The position numbers and the translations under genes were made by a program. This document shows positions 17,425 through 26,447 of a stretch of DNA of 32,000 nucleotides, one piece after another. Position 1 is the first letter of the stretch. Every line of letters starts with the position of its first letter. The notes under the pieces are model-generated. The model ran no database searches, was not told the DNA's origin, and was given only the letters and a program-made list of their open reading frames with translations. This DNA comes from Haloquadratum walsbyi C23 (GTDB lineage: Archaea > Halobacteriota > Halobacteria > Halobacteriales > Haloferacaceae). The stretch covers positions 1,020,001-1,052,000 of the forward strand of contig NC_017459.1 of assembly GCF_000237865.1 (NCBI RefSeq). Direction: 5' to 3'.

Positions 17425-18789
17425 TCATGAGCGTACTCTCTCAATAAAAGTATCAAATGCACCACTCGCTGGGTGAAGATGGCAGTATGTAGCAAGTGTT
17501 TGATACTCAATTACACCGTCATGTGTCCCGTCGATTCCATCACCACGTTCAACGGTGAATGCAAATCGCGCATCTGAGTCGACTGTTGCTGCAGAGTAAT
17601 GAAACTCATGTCCTTTGCGGGCTTCCCCTGTATCTGCAGTAAGCGTTGAATGGTCTGCTCGCAACTTGACATGATCAAGTGCTTGGTACCTATCTTCCAT
17701 CTGTACGCTCAGCGGAAGAACGCCCGCCATTTCATATGTATCACCGTCAGTCGTGGTGAGTGAGTCAGCAAGCGTCATTAATCCACCACACTCGGCAAGC
17801 ACAGGGAGTCCATCAGTCGCACGATCGGCGAGTGAACGCAATGCTTGACTTTCAGCAAGTGCAGCCCCATGCAACTCCGGATAGCCGCCCGGAAGATATA
17901 CACCGTCACATATTGGTAAAGGATCATCCGCAAGTGGTGAAAACGTAATTACATCAGCACGGTTATTTAGCCGTTCCACTGTTGCAGGATATCGAAAACA
18001 GAACGCAGAATCATCGGCAATGGCGATACGTGGATGACTTACTTCGGTATTTGGAGTCGAATTGAACCCAGAATTGGCCTTTGAGATTGACGACTGCGAT
18101 TGAACATCTTCAGAAGGCGCTTCAGGACGCGGTGGAGCGCGTGCAGCAGCAATGATCTGTTCAGTATGAATCGTCTCTGCCGCTTCGGTGAGCGCTTTGG
18201 TATCCAGCGGCGATTCTGAACCCATCTCAAGTCCAAGGTGTCGGTCAGGGATTGACAGCGATGATTGTGGTGGAATCCGACCGAAATACTGGATTTCGTC
18301 CGGTAATGCATCGCGGATCCCCTCAGCATGTCGTCCGCCATGTGCTCGTTGTGCAAGGATACCAGCGACGTCTATATCACGACCAGCATGAGATGCATAT
18401 GAACGGAATCCATGTGCTGTTGCAGCAACGCTTTCCATACCAGCTTTCGCATCGACAACAAGTATTATCGGAAGATCGAGTGCCTCAGCTATCATTGCAG
18501 TGCTTGAGCAGTCTCCATCATATAGTCCCATAACACCCTCAACAACGCAAAAATCGCCATTTCCACGATAGTAGTTTCGACGTACTCCATCAACACCCTC
18601 AAGCCATATATCAAGTGTGCGCGAAGGACAATCAGCAATGGCAGTATGATGACTCGGATCAATAAAATCTGGACCAGCTTTTGCCGGCTGAACGGAGTGT
18701 CCATCTTGATCAAACGCCTGAATAATTGCAAGTGCTGCAACGGTTTTGCCAACACCAGATTGGGTCCCTGCAAGCACAGCACCTTTCAT
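17425..18789 (-). CDS. cbiA: Cobyrinate a,c-diamide synthase
   Basis: 454 aa. N-terminal nucleotide-binding loop LAGTQSGVGKT and a C-terminal amidotransferase-type domain (LAECGGLM, GHEFHYS). It sits within the cbi gene context. Confidence 0.85.
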   Translation of the reverse strand: MKGAVLAGTQSGVGKTVAALAIIQAFDQDGHSVQPAKAGPDFIDPSHHTAIADCPSRTLDIWLEGVDGVRRNYYRGNGDFCVVEGVMGLYDGDCSSTAMIAEALDLPIILVVDAKAGMESVAATAHGFRSYASHAGRDIDVAGILAQRAHGGRHAEGIRDALPDEIQYFGRIPPQSSLSIPDRHLGLEMGSESPLDTKALTEAAETIHTEQIIAAARAPPRPEAPSEDVQSQSSISKANSGFNSTPNTEVSHPRIAIADDSAFCFRYPATVERLNNRADVITFSPLADDPLPICDGVYLPGGYPELHGAALAESQALRSLADRATDGLPVLAECGGLMTLADSLTTTDGDTYEMAGVLPLSVQMEDRYQALDHVKLRADHSTLTADTGEARKGHEFHYSAATVDSDARFAFTVERGDGIDGTHDGVIEYQTLATYCHLHPASGAFDTFIERVRS

Positions 18790-19130
18790 CTGTCTTCTCC
18801 TATCGACTGCCCATCGTGTCTTGAATCGGTCTTCTCGTTATCATCGCTTGCATCCCCACTCGAAGGTGGATATACCGTAATCGCGTTTGGAGGACATGCT
18901 GTTGCGGCGAGTTCTGCCGTGTCAGCGTCTTTGGAGAGTACAGCCACAATATGATCGGCTGTCCGTGATACCGAAACAACGCTATCGGCTGTCACATCGA
19001 TTGTTGCGAGTCCATCTGGTCCCTCAATAAACCGATCATCGCGGGTGAGACATGCAAAAATCCCATCACATGCAGTAAGATCTATCTCCACGCGATATCG
19101 CGACTGTGTCTGTGATGATTGCTTACTCAT
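18786..19130 (-). CDS. Small ferredoxin-like protein (single Fe-S cluster type) embedded in the cbi operon
   Basis: 114 aa with Cys pattern ..CDGIFAC..(about 60 aa)..CPPNAITV, as in CxxGxC...CP single-cluster ferredoxins. It has 4-nt overlaps with both neighbours. Confidence 0.5.
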   Translation of the reverse strand: MSKQSSQTQSRYRVEIDLTACDGIFACLTRDDRFIEGPDGLATIDVTADSVVSVSRTADHIVAVLSKDADTAELAATACPPNAITVYPPSSGDASDDNEKTDSRHDGQSIGEDR

Positions 19131-20116
19131 TGTCCAACCGCTACTGTCACTGCTTCATCATATTTCAGCTTTTCAACGAGTAGTTCATGATTACGCCCTC
19201 CTGCAATAGCGCTTGCCTCTGCAATTCCTGGCCACCCGATGAGTTCTTTTGAACGCGATGGTGTTGGACCTTCAAATTCAAACAGTGTTTCTTTGCAAAA
19301 TGAAATAACACCGACATTGATATCATTAGCTGCTGCAAGCAGTCCTGGTTCAGTTTCTTTTCGCGTGCCTGTGGCAATAAAATCGACATCATCCCAGGTG
19401 CACTCTGCTGTTGATAGTGCACGCTCCCATGCGGTCAGGAACTGTGACGTATCAGCCCCAGAAACGCTTCCGGTGCCAAGAACGATGCCGTCGTTTCCGT
19501 TTCGATTAAGAACAGTCACTGATTGGTCTGCAATCACCGCTGTCGGATCATCAATTCGACTTACCGGGTCAAGTGTCTCATCAAGAACAGCAAGATTCGT
19601 CGCAACAGTCGATTTGCCATTGATAACATGTGAATTAAGTGCCTTTGCTCGGGTTTCGACACCTTGCTTGCCCGCTGCTTCTGAGGCAGTTGTCATTGCT
19701 GGGACAGCACCTAATGCGGTCAGGTCGTCTGCAACTTGATTTGCACCGTGGTGACCACCTGTAATTGGAATTGCCCATGTGAGATTTGAATCAACAACAA
19801 CAACAGCAGGATCATCCCACTTGTCATCAAGCAATGGTGCTGTCTGTTGAGTTACGGTATCACTTGGAAGAACACCAATAAAACAATCATACACCCCCCA
19901 GTGATCGGCAAATGCATCAGTATGATATTCAATAAGATCGATACGGTCATACGCAGACGCAAGTGTTGTCTGAATATTGTCTGCGGTATCGTTAGCATGT
20001 TCCGGGGCGATTACAGCAATCTCTGTTGCGACCTCTCCATCACTATCCGGTGTACTACAATGACCGCTTGTTTCTTCATTCGTATTCTCAGTATCACTCA
20101 TTTGATTCACCACCAT
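19127..20116 (-). CDS. cbiG: Cobalt-precorrin-5A hydrolase
   Basis: 329 aa containing ..PITGGHHGANQVADDL.., ..IVLGTGSVSGA.. and a C-terminal ..IATGTRKETEPGL..GWPGIAEASAIAGG... An alternative ATG is at 20101. Confidence 0.8.
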   Translation of the reverse strand: MVVNQMSDTENTNEETSGHCSTPDSDGEVATEIAVIAPEHANDTADNIQTTLASAYDRIDLIEYHTDAFADHWGVYDCFIGVLPSDTVTQQTAPLLDDKWDDPAVVVVDSNLTWAIPITGGHHGANQVADDLTALGAVPAMTTASEAAGKQGVETRAKALNSHVINGKSTVATNLAVLDETLDPVSRIDDPTAVIADQSVTVLNRNGNDGIVLGTGSVSGADTSQFLTAWERALSTAECTWDDVDFIATGTRKETEPGLLAAANDINVGVISFCKETLFEFEGPTPSRSKELIGWPGIAEASAIAGGRNHELLVEKLKYDEAVTVAVGQ

Positions 20117-20981
20117 TTGTACCTATATTGGCATCAATAGGAGATGACTCCGTGGTTGTCTCAGTCTCATCACTGCTGTTGTCTCCGCTTTCACTCCCGC
20201 TTGCCCAGTCACCATAGAGATATGACCGCTCATATGCAGAACCGGTGATAGCGTCTCCAATGATAACCAGTGCAGAGGCTCGATAACCGGCTGATTCAAT
20301 TTTCTTAGCAATTGACCCGATTGTCCCCTTAATCACATCTTCATCAGGCCATGATGCATGATAGACAACAGCAACAGGTATCTCAGGATCGTGACCAGCG
20401 TCAAGCAACCGATCCATCGTCTCGGCAACAGCGTGTGTCCCAAGATAAATGCACACCGTTGTATCACCAAAGCCAACGAACTCATCAATATGATCTTCTT
20501 CGGCTGAAAGCGTCTTGCCCTGTGGTCGTGTGAACACAACATGATTTGAAACCTCATTCAATGTTAGTTGCGTTCGGAGAGAAGCGCTTGCGGCAAATGC
20601 TGAGGTAACGCCGGGGACAAGATATGTTGGGACATCCTCAGCAGCGAGAGCATCCATCTGCTCTAATGCCGCCCCATATATAGCTGGATCACCGCTATGT
20701 AACCGAGCAACTGTTCGACCATTAGTATATGCCTCTGTCATGAGCGGGATTAATTCTTCAAGATCCTTACCGATACTATTGACCTGTTCTGCGTCTGCAC
20801 AGAACTCATCAAGTAGCTCGCTATTGACAAGCGATCCGGCATGGACAACGAGATCGGCTTCTGTTACAAGTTGCCGACCGGCAACCGTCAATAGCTCTGG
20901 GTCTCCTGGACCGGCACCAATAAACGGAATCCCTTCACGCTCTGTGTAGTCAGGTTGTTCTGATGATGTTGGCGATGTCAT
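20094..20981 (-). CDS. cbiF: Cobalt-precorrin-4 C11-methyltransferase
   Basis: 295 aa with IGAGPGDPELLTVAGRQLVTEADLVVHAGSLV (tetrapyrrole methylase; the xxAGSLV signature is characteristic of CbiF/CobM). It carries an extra Ser/Glu/Thr-rich tail of about 45 aa. Confidence 0.8.
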   Translation of the reverse strand: MTSPTSSEQPDYTEREGIPFIGAGPGDPELLTVAGRQLVTEADLVVHAGSLVNSELLDEFCADAEQVNSIGKDLEELIPLMTEAYTNGRTVARLHSGDPAIYGAALEQMDALAAEDVPTYLVPGVTSAFAASASLRTQLTLNEVSNHVVFTRPQGKTLSAEEDHIDEFVGFGDTTVCIYLGTHAVAETMDRLLDAGHDPEIPVAVVYHASWPDEDVIKGTIGSIAKKIESAGYRASALVIIGDAITGSAYERSYLYGDWASGSESGDNSSDETETTTESSPIDANIGTNGGESNE

Positions 20982-21682
20982 ACTGATTCCTCCGATGATG
21001 TGTTGAACGCCGCAGTCGGAACTGTTTGCTCAATGCCCTCACGCTCAGCGTATGCAAGTGTGTAATAGTCACGTTCAGCAATTTCCGTTGGGTCGGTTGT
21101 GATCATCGTTTCACCTTGTTCCATGAACAATCGACGACCAAACTGAACATTATATCCTGCAGCAGTGAGTTTCTCATGTGTCTCGACAGCGTCTGTGACT
21201 TTGAATAGAATCATCCGATCAGGACCGGTCGGTGCTGACCCATTTGCCGCCTCACGGAGCGATAATCCAGTCCCAGATTCAATCTCGATATCTAGTGCCG
21301 TTGCAAAGGCAGTCATTGCACTAACTCCAGGAATAACCTCGACACTAATTGCCGGGTGAAACGCTGATAATGTTCGTCGAAGGTGTCCAAAGGTTGAATA
21401 AACATTTGGGTCACCAAGCGTGACAAATGCAACATCATCACTCACTGCTTTCTCAGCAACAGCATTTGCTGCGTCTTTCCACGCCCGTCGAAGTTTATCA
21501 GGATCACGAGTCATCGGAAAATCAAGATCACCGATTCGTGAGGATGGAACGTGCTGTCGAGCAACTGTCCGTGAGAGCCGTCCAGGTGAGTACACCGTTG
21601 TGACAGAGTCAAGAATATCACGTCCTTTGACTGTGACTAACTTTGGATCACCAGGACCAAGACCGACACCATATACCGTCAT
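20978..21682 (-). CDS. cbiL: Cobalt-factor II (precorrin-2) C20-methyltransferase
   Basis: 234 aa with VYGVGLGPGDPKLVTVKGRDIL and VTLGDPNVYSTF. It overlaps cbiF by 4 nt. Confidence 0.8.
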   Translation of the reverse strand: MTVYGVGLGPGDPKLVTVKGRDILDSVTTVYSPGRLSRTVARQHVPSSRIGDLDFPMTRDPDKLRRAWKDAANAVAEKAVSDDVAFVTLGDPNVYSTFGHLRRTLSAFHPAISVEVIPGVSAMTAFATALDIEIESGTGLSLREAANGSAPTGPDRMILFKVTDAVETHEKLTAAGYNVQFGRRLFMEQGETMITTDPTEIAERDYYTLAYAEREGIEQTVPTAAFNTSSEESV

Positions 21683-22239
21683 CAGGTCAGCCCCCCTGCG
21701 TCACGCCGCCCGACGATAACATAGACTGGATTATTAGCGTTGAAACTTGTCGCACCAGCGAGTTCATATCCGTCATTGACCTGTACTTGTAATACCGCTG
21801 AAAGTAACTCGCGCTCTCGAAATGCCTCAATTGCATCACCCGCAGGCTCAACACGTGAGACATTCATAACGACTCGATCAACATCTGTCTCAACAGCATG
21901 ATCAAGGACCGACTCGAAGTTTCGACTCCCACCAAGGAATAATACATCAGCATTTCTCGGCAGCCCATCGGGTGCCTCAGCCTCCTCAACACTCACTGTC
22001 TCGGTCTGATTATTTGCGGCGATATTTTTCTTTGCTGCTGTGACTCGCTGTGACTTTCGTTCAATTGCTGTCACATGAGTGACGTATGGGGCTGCTTCGA
22101 TACTAATTGCACCTGTACATGTACCAACGTCGACAAAGTGGTCATCGGGCTGTAATTGGAGTTTTTGAATAGTTATTGCACGTACTTCCGGTTTCGTTGG
22201 ACCGGCTCGCGCGTCATGAGGAAGCGTGATCTGTGTCAT
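21682..22239 (-). CDS. cbiT: Cobalt-precorrin-6B C15-methyltransferase (decarboxylating)
   Basis: 185 aa with GPTKPEVRAITIQKLQLQPDDHFVDVGTCTGAISIEAA (SAM-methyltransferase fold). It overlaps cbiL by 1 nt. Confidence 0.8.
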   Translation of the reverse strand: MTQITLPHDARAGPTKPEVRAITIQKLQLQPDDHFVDVGTCTGAISIEAAPYVTHVTAIERKSQRVTAAKKNIAANNQTETVSVEEAEAPDGLPRNADVLFLGGSRNFESVLDHAVETDVDRVVMNVSRVEPAGDAIEAFRERELLSAVLQVQVNDGYELAGATSFNANNPVYVIVGRRDAGGLT

Positions 22240-22262
22240 TCGAGTATACTATTTTGATACCA

Positions 22263-22271
22263 GATAAAAAC
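22263..22271 (-). promoter_or_regulatory. Candidate TATA box for the cbiT operon
   Basis: The minus strand reads GTTTTTATC, centred about 28 nt upstream of the cbiT ATG (22239). This fits a leaderless haloarchaeal transcript. Confidence 0.3.
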
Positions 22272-22359
22272 AATTACGCTTGCTCTACATCAAATATGAT
22301 TTCATGGATGAGCCAGTAAGTAAATTTGATGCAGTACAAGCAAAATTGTTTTATGAGAG

Positions 22360-22368
22360 TATTTAAAT
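22360..22368 (+). promoter_or_regulatory. Candidate TATA box for cbiMNQO
   Basis: TATTTAAAT, centred about 29 nt upstream of the cbiM ATG (22393). This fits a leaderless transcript. Confidence 0.35.
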
Positions 22369-22392
22369 CGGCGAGTAGGGAGTGATGGATGA

Positions 22393-23055
22393 ATGCATAT
22401 CATGGAAGGGTTCCTACCACCACGGTGGGCTGCCGCATGGACGCTCGCAGCAGCACCCATCGTTGTGTATGGTGCGAAGCAAACTATTGATATCATCCGT
22501 CAGGATACCCGAGTAAAGGCACTTGTTGCTATTGGAATTGCGTTTGTCTTTATTCTTTCAGCATTGAAGTTCCCCTCTGTCACCGGGAGCACATCACATC
22601 CGACTGGAACAGGATTACTTGTTGTGCTGTTTGGACCTGCGGTGACGGCTTTTACTGCAACAATTGTGCTTCTGTATCAGGCTCTTTTGTTAGCGCATGG
22701 TGGTATCACAACTCTTGGAGCCAATGTCGTTGCAATGGGGATTATTGGTCCGACGGTTGGATGGACCGCCTATCAGATCATTCGTCCATATACATCGCTT
22801 GAACGAGCAACATTTATTGCTGCTGTACTGACCGATTGGACGACATATCTTGTGACATCGCTCCAATTAGGCGCTGCTTTTCCCGCTGGGGACGGGCTTG
22901 ATGCGATTATCATCTCGGCACTAGATTTCGCAGCGATATTCACGCTGACACAAGTACCAATTGGAATCCTTGAGGGAATCCTCGCAGCTGCTGTGATCGG
23001 ATACCTCACTCGTCTTGGTTCCGAGACAATAGAGTCTCTCGAGGTGGCAGCATGA
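22393..23055 (+). CDS. cbiM: Cobalt ECF transporter substrate-capture component
   Basis: 220 aa, polytopic, with the hallmark N-terminus MHIMEGFLPP. Confidence 0.85.
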   Translation: MHIMEGFLPPRWAAAWTLAAAPIVVYGAKQTIDIIRQDTRVKALVAIGIAFVFILSALKFPSVTGSTSHPTGTGLLVVLFGPAVTAFTATIVLLYQALLLAHGGITTLGANVVAMGIIGPTVGWTAYQIIRPYTSLERATFIAAVLTDWTTYLVTSLQLGAAFPAGDGLDAIIISALDFAAIFTLTQVPIGILEGILAAAVIGYLTRLGSETIESLEVAA

Positions 23056-23348
23056 ATAAACAACATTATCGATCACTTCTTGCCGCAGTTGCTATTGCTA
23101 CTCTTGTTGCTGGATTGAGCTTTACGACTGGTGGACTCGATGCAACTGATCAACAGGCTGTTGCAATGATTGAAACCAACGAACCAGTGTATGACCGGTG
23201 GACTGACCCAGTATTACAGCCACCTACCGCAGTGGGTGAGACAGTACTGTTTGCAGTTCAAGCTGGCATTGCGGGACTCATATTCACTCATTACCTCCAG
23301 CGACTGACTGAGGCCGACCAGTCGGAGACGGATGCATCAGACGCTTGA
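23052..23348 (+). CDS. cbiN: Cobalt transport protein CbiN
   Basis: 98 aa with two TM segments. It overlaps cbiM by 4 nt and occupies the canonical position between cbiM and cbiQ. Confidence 0.7.
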   Translation: MNKQHYRSLLAAVAIATLVAGLSFTTGGLDATDQQAVAMIETNEPVYDRWTDPVLQPPTAVGETVLFAVQAGIAGLIFTHYLQRLTEADQSETDASDA

Positions 23349-24063
23349 GCGCGTCCAAGCGGAGGCGGCACCGATAATCAGTGGACCACTCGCAGTGTAT
23401 CTCACTGGTATTTCTTTGATACTCACAATCACAACGAGTCATATTACAACACATATCCTTGCAGCGGTTATCTTTGCCAGTTTAACTGCACATGCAATTG
23501 GTCGAGAATATGTCTCACTCATTCAATATCCGATTTGGTTCCTTGCTCCAAGCATTATACTCATCGCAATCATAACTCCTGGGAAGGCAATCATTACACT
23601 GTGGAGTATCTCTATCTCTACAGCAGGTGTCCAGCTTGCGTTTGAAACTGGTCTTCGATCAATTGCTTCGTTGACAGTTCTATTCTTTCTTGCTTTCACC
23701 ACAACCGTTCCACAGTTAGTCACTGCGCTGAATCGCCTGTGGATGCCAGATCCAATCATTGAACTACTCCTATTGAGTTATCGTGCTGTACAAGTCCTTA
23801 TGGATGAGACACTCCGGTTATCAACAGCAGCAACGCTTCGAGGTGGACAGACATCTCGATATGCACTTTTTCGAACGACAAAGCGCCTGGCAGCATCACT
23901 TCTTATTCGATCGGTCGACAGAGCAGAGCAGGTTGAGATGGCAATGCAAGCACGGGGATATCATGGCGAATTTCCAATGCACACAGAATCAAATAATGGA
24001 TATATGTATTCAATTATCATCATCGCACTGCTTGTTATCACTGGTTTTGGAGACCTCCCATGA
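23332..24063 (+). CDS. cbiQ: Cobalt ECF transporter T component
   Basis: 243 aa, polytopic, with a conserved-looking ..LSYRAVQVLMDE..RG.. region. It overlaps both neighbours. Confidence 0.75.
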   Translation: MHQTLERVQAEAAPIISGPLAVYLTGISLILTITTSHITTHILAAVIFASLTAHAIGREYVSLIQYPIWFLAPSIILIAIITPGKAIITLWSISISTAGVQLAFETGLRSIASLTVLFFLAFTTTVPQLVTALNRLWMPDPIIELLLLSYRAVQVLMDETLRLSTAATLRGGQTSRYALFRTTKRLAASLLIRSVDRAEQVEMAMQARGYHGEFPMHTESNNGYMYSIIIIALLVITGFGDLP

Positions 24064-24788
24064 TTGAACTCACTGAGGTACAGTTCGCGTATGATACTGA
24101 ATCGGTCCTCGCTGATGTTACTCTTCGTGTGCCAAAAGGGTCAATTACGGTCTTACTCGGGCGCAATGGTGCTGGAAAATCAACACTCTTGCGTCATTGT
24201 AATGGGCTGTTGAAACCGGATAGTGGTGATGTCAATATTGACGGAAGCTCACTTACCAGTGAAACGACGTCTATGCGCGCAATCCGACAACGTGTTGGAT
24301 TTATATTTCAACGACCTGCTGATCAACTTGTTGCACCAACGGTCAAACAGGACGTCGCATTTGGACCTGCTAATTGGGAGAAAAACATGCCCCCTGACGA
24401 CATTGATACGATTGTCACACAAGCACTTGAGCGGGTTGGGTTAGCTGGATTCGAAGATCGATTATGTAGCCGATTGAGCGGTGGCGAACGAAAGCGCGTT
24501 GCCCTCGCCGGAGTGCTTGCAATGGATCCAGAGTACATTGTGGCTGATGAACCAAGCGCCGGGCTTGATGGTGATGGCGTTCGGGGATTTGCAGAGCTAT
24601 TGAAACAACTTGCCACTGATGGAATCGGTGTGATCGTCTCGACACATTATCCAGATTTTGCATCGGCTGTTGGTGACCGTTTTCGTGTTCTTGAGGATGG
24701 TCGCATTGTTCATTCATCAGACCAACTAGAATCAATCCCCCTTCGTGAACATGGAATTCGGACTTTGGGAACCATATCTGATACATGA
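24060..24788 (+). CDS. cbiO: Cobalt ECF transporter ATPase
   Basis: 242 aa with Walker A GRNGAGKST, ABC signature LSGGERKRV and Walker B YIVADEPSAGLD. Confidence 0.85.
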   Translation: MIELTEVQFAYDTESVLADVTLRVPKGSITVLLGRNGAGKSTLLRHCNGLLKPDSGDVNIDGSSLTSETTSMRAIRQRVGFIFQRPADQLVAPTVKQDVAFGPANWEKNMPPDDIDTIVTQALERVGLAGFEDRLCSRLSGGERKRVALAGVLAMDPEYIVADEPSAGLDGDGVRGFAELLKQLATDGIGVIVSTHYPDFASAVGDRFRVLEDGRIVHSSDQLESIPLREHGIRTLGTISDT

Positions 24789-25069
24789 CCGACTAGCGAG
24801 TGACTATTACACATATGAGTTCATGCGACATGCTCACTCATTGCGACGAGAGAGAGCACATTCAGATCAAATAAGATGCTTTGTGACTCATCTGCGATAT
24901 CAGGTATAAAAAAGAATCACAGTTTATATCGAGTGTATCCCCTTGGTTCTCCACTTCTCAGTTAGCTCCGCCCTATTATTCGGGGGCATCTTCCACTGCA
25001 GTGGAATAAAAGTATACACTTGGTTGAGCACCCTATCACTCAAGTATCGGGAGAATAGATGATTGTATA

Positions 25070-25309
25070 ATGCCAATTGTTGAAGTGACGCTGCCAGACG
25101 AGTTGCTTAGTGAGTTTGAACAACTAGTTGAAGAGGAGTTTGTGACTGAAGAGCAAGCGGTCGAAGACCTTCTTACAATGGGAATTGATGCATACAATGT
25201 AAATATCGTTGATGATTCACAACCTGGCGATGATATCATTGAGGGTGCAGAAAATAATCTCTTTGATACGGCGACTGATCCTGGTGGGCTTGAAGACGAC
25301 CGACTATAA
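25070..25309 (+). CDS. Small, very acidic protein, possibly ribbon-helix-helix-like
   Basis: 79 aa. MPIVEVTLPDELLSEFEQLVEEEFVTEEQAVEDLLTMGIDAY has a beta-strand, helix, helix pattern. The C-terminal half is disordered and acidic. Confidence 0.5.
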   Translation: MPIVEVTLPDELLSEFEQLVEEEFVTEEQAVEDLLTMGIDAYNVNIVDDSQPGDDIIEGAENNLFDTATDPGGLEDDRL

Positions 25310-25383
25310 TCGTATTCCTGTCAATAATACCACTGCTTCGCATTGAGTGACGGATTGATACTCAGAGTAGTGCATCATCATCT

Positions 25384-25418
25384 AATCGAAAATCGAAAAT
25401 CGAAAATCGAAAATCGAA
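25384..25418. repeat. Perfect heptamer tandem repeat (AATCGAA) x5
   Basis: Five exact units, read directly, about 145 nt upstream of the SDR gene at 25563. Confidence 0.9.
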
Positions 25419-25562
25419 ACGAGTATCTGTGAGTCATATAAATCCCTGAGATGAATCCGAGAGCATAGCGAATATACCGACTCATTCATATCAGATTTAT
25501 TCACATAATAAACCGACCACGTAACCATTTTACTGGCTCCCTGGTAGACTAGATATAGGTCA

Positions 25563-26360
25563 ATGGATCTTGAACTCACCGATAATGTTGCACTTGTGAC
25601 CGCTTCAAGCAGTGGTCTTGGAAAGGCTTCTGGGCGAGCTCTTGCATCTGAGGGTGCCAATGTCGTTTTAAACGGACGTAATCAGGATCGACTTGATGCG
25701 GCTGTTGAAGAGGTACGTGAGGCTGCAGCCGATACTGCAAGCGTCATCGGTCATGCAGGTGACCTTACTGATCCTGATGATATCGCTGATCTTGTTGAGC
25801 GTCCGGTTGCAGAATTTGGCGGGCTTGATCATCTCATTTTATCAGCTGGAGGACCACCGTCAAAACCATTTCTTGAGACGACAGACGAAGAGTGGTATGA
25901 AGCCTTTGATCTGCTTGTCATGAGTGCTGTCCGAACCGTCCGCGCTGCAGAGCCACATCTCACAGAAAGCGAGCATGGCACAGTTGTGAATATCACCTCT
26001 GCAAGCGTCAAGGAGGCGATCGATGGACTCGTTCTCTCAAATGCAGTTCGAATGAGTGTCATTGGACTTGAAAAGACCATCTCAAAAGAACTCGCACCCG
26101 ATATTCGTGCGAATGCTGTTTTACCGGGAACTCATGAAACGCCCCGGATTGAAGAATTAGTCGAGCAAGGTGTCGAACGTGATGAGTATGAGAGCTATGA
26201 GAGTGGTCTTGAGGAGTGGGCGGATGGAATCCCGATTGGCCGGGTTGGTGATCCAATGGAATTAGGCCGCACCGTTGCATTCCTCTCGTCGCCTGTGTCA
26301 ACATACCTCGATGGGGTTGCAATCCCGATCGATGGCGGATCTGGCGCATCCAATCTCTGA
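25563..26360 (+). CDS. SDR family oxidoreductase (FabG-like)
   Basis: 265 aa with ALVTASSSGLGKASGRALASEGANVVLNGRN, and with length and layout typical of classical SDRs. Confidence 0.8.
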   Translation: MDLELTDNVALVTASSSGLGKASGRALASEGANVVLNGRNQDRLDAAVEEVREAAADTASVIGHAGDLTDPDDIADLVERPVAEFGGLDHLILSAGGPPSKPFLETTDEEWYEAFDLLVMSAVRTVRAAEPHLTESEHGTVVNITSASVKEAIDGLVLSNAVRMSVIGLEKTISKELAPDIRANAVLPGTHETPRIEELVEQGVERDEYESYESGLEEWADGIPIGRVGDPMELGRTVAFLSSPVSTYLDGVAIPIDGGSGASNL

Positions 26361-26447
26361 CGTGTCAATTCAATCCCGTTGCATTGTATTATTACATGCA
26401 CATTAATCAGCTACAATGAAATCACTACGACAGCCGATCAAAGATAC

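Noticed and set aside
17280-17510. The 76-aa minus-strand ORF downstream of cbiA, and other ORFs of 60-100 aa in AT-rich spacers (2575..2784, 3210..3551, 6042..6236, 14385..14579)
   Set aside because: Their composition is atypical (Ile/Tyr/Phe/Cys-rich and basic) and reflects AT-rich non-coding DNA. They have no start context or motifs, and several overlap better-supported genes.
22240-22392. A cobalamin riboswitch in the cbiT / cbiM divergent intergenic region
   Set aside because: The spacer is only 153 nt, AT-rich and without a B12-box-like GCCACTG core or extended pairing. TATA-like boxes sit about 28 nt from both ATGs, implying leaderless mRNAs with no room for a riboswitch.
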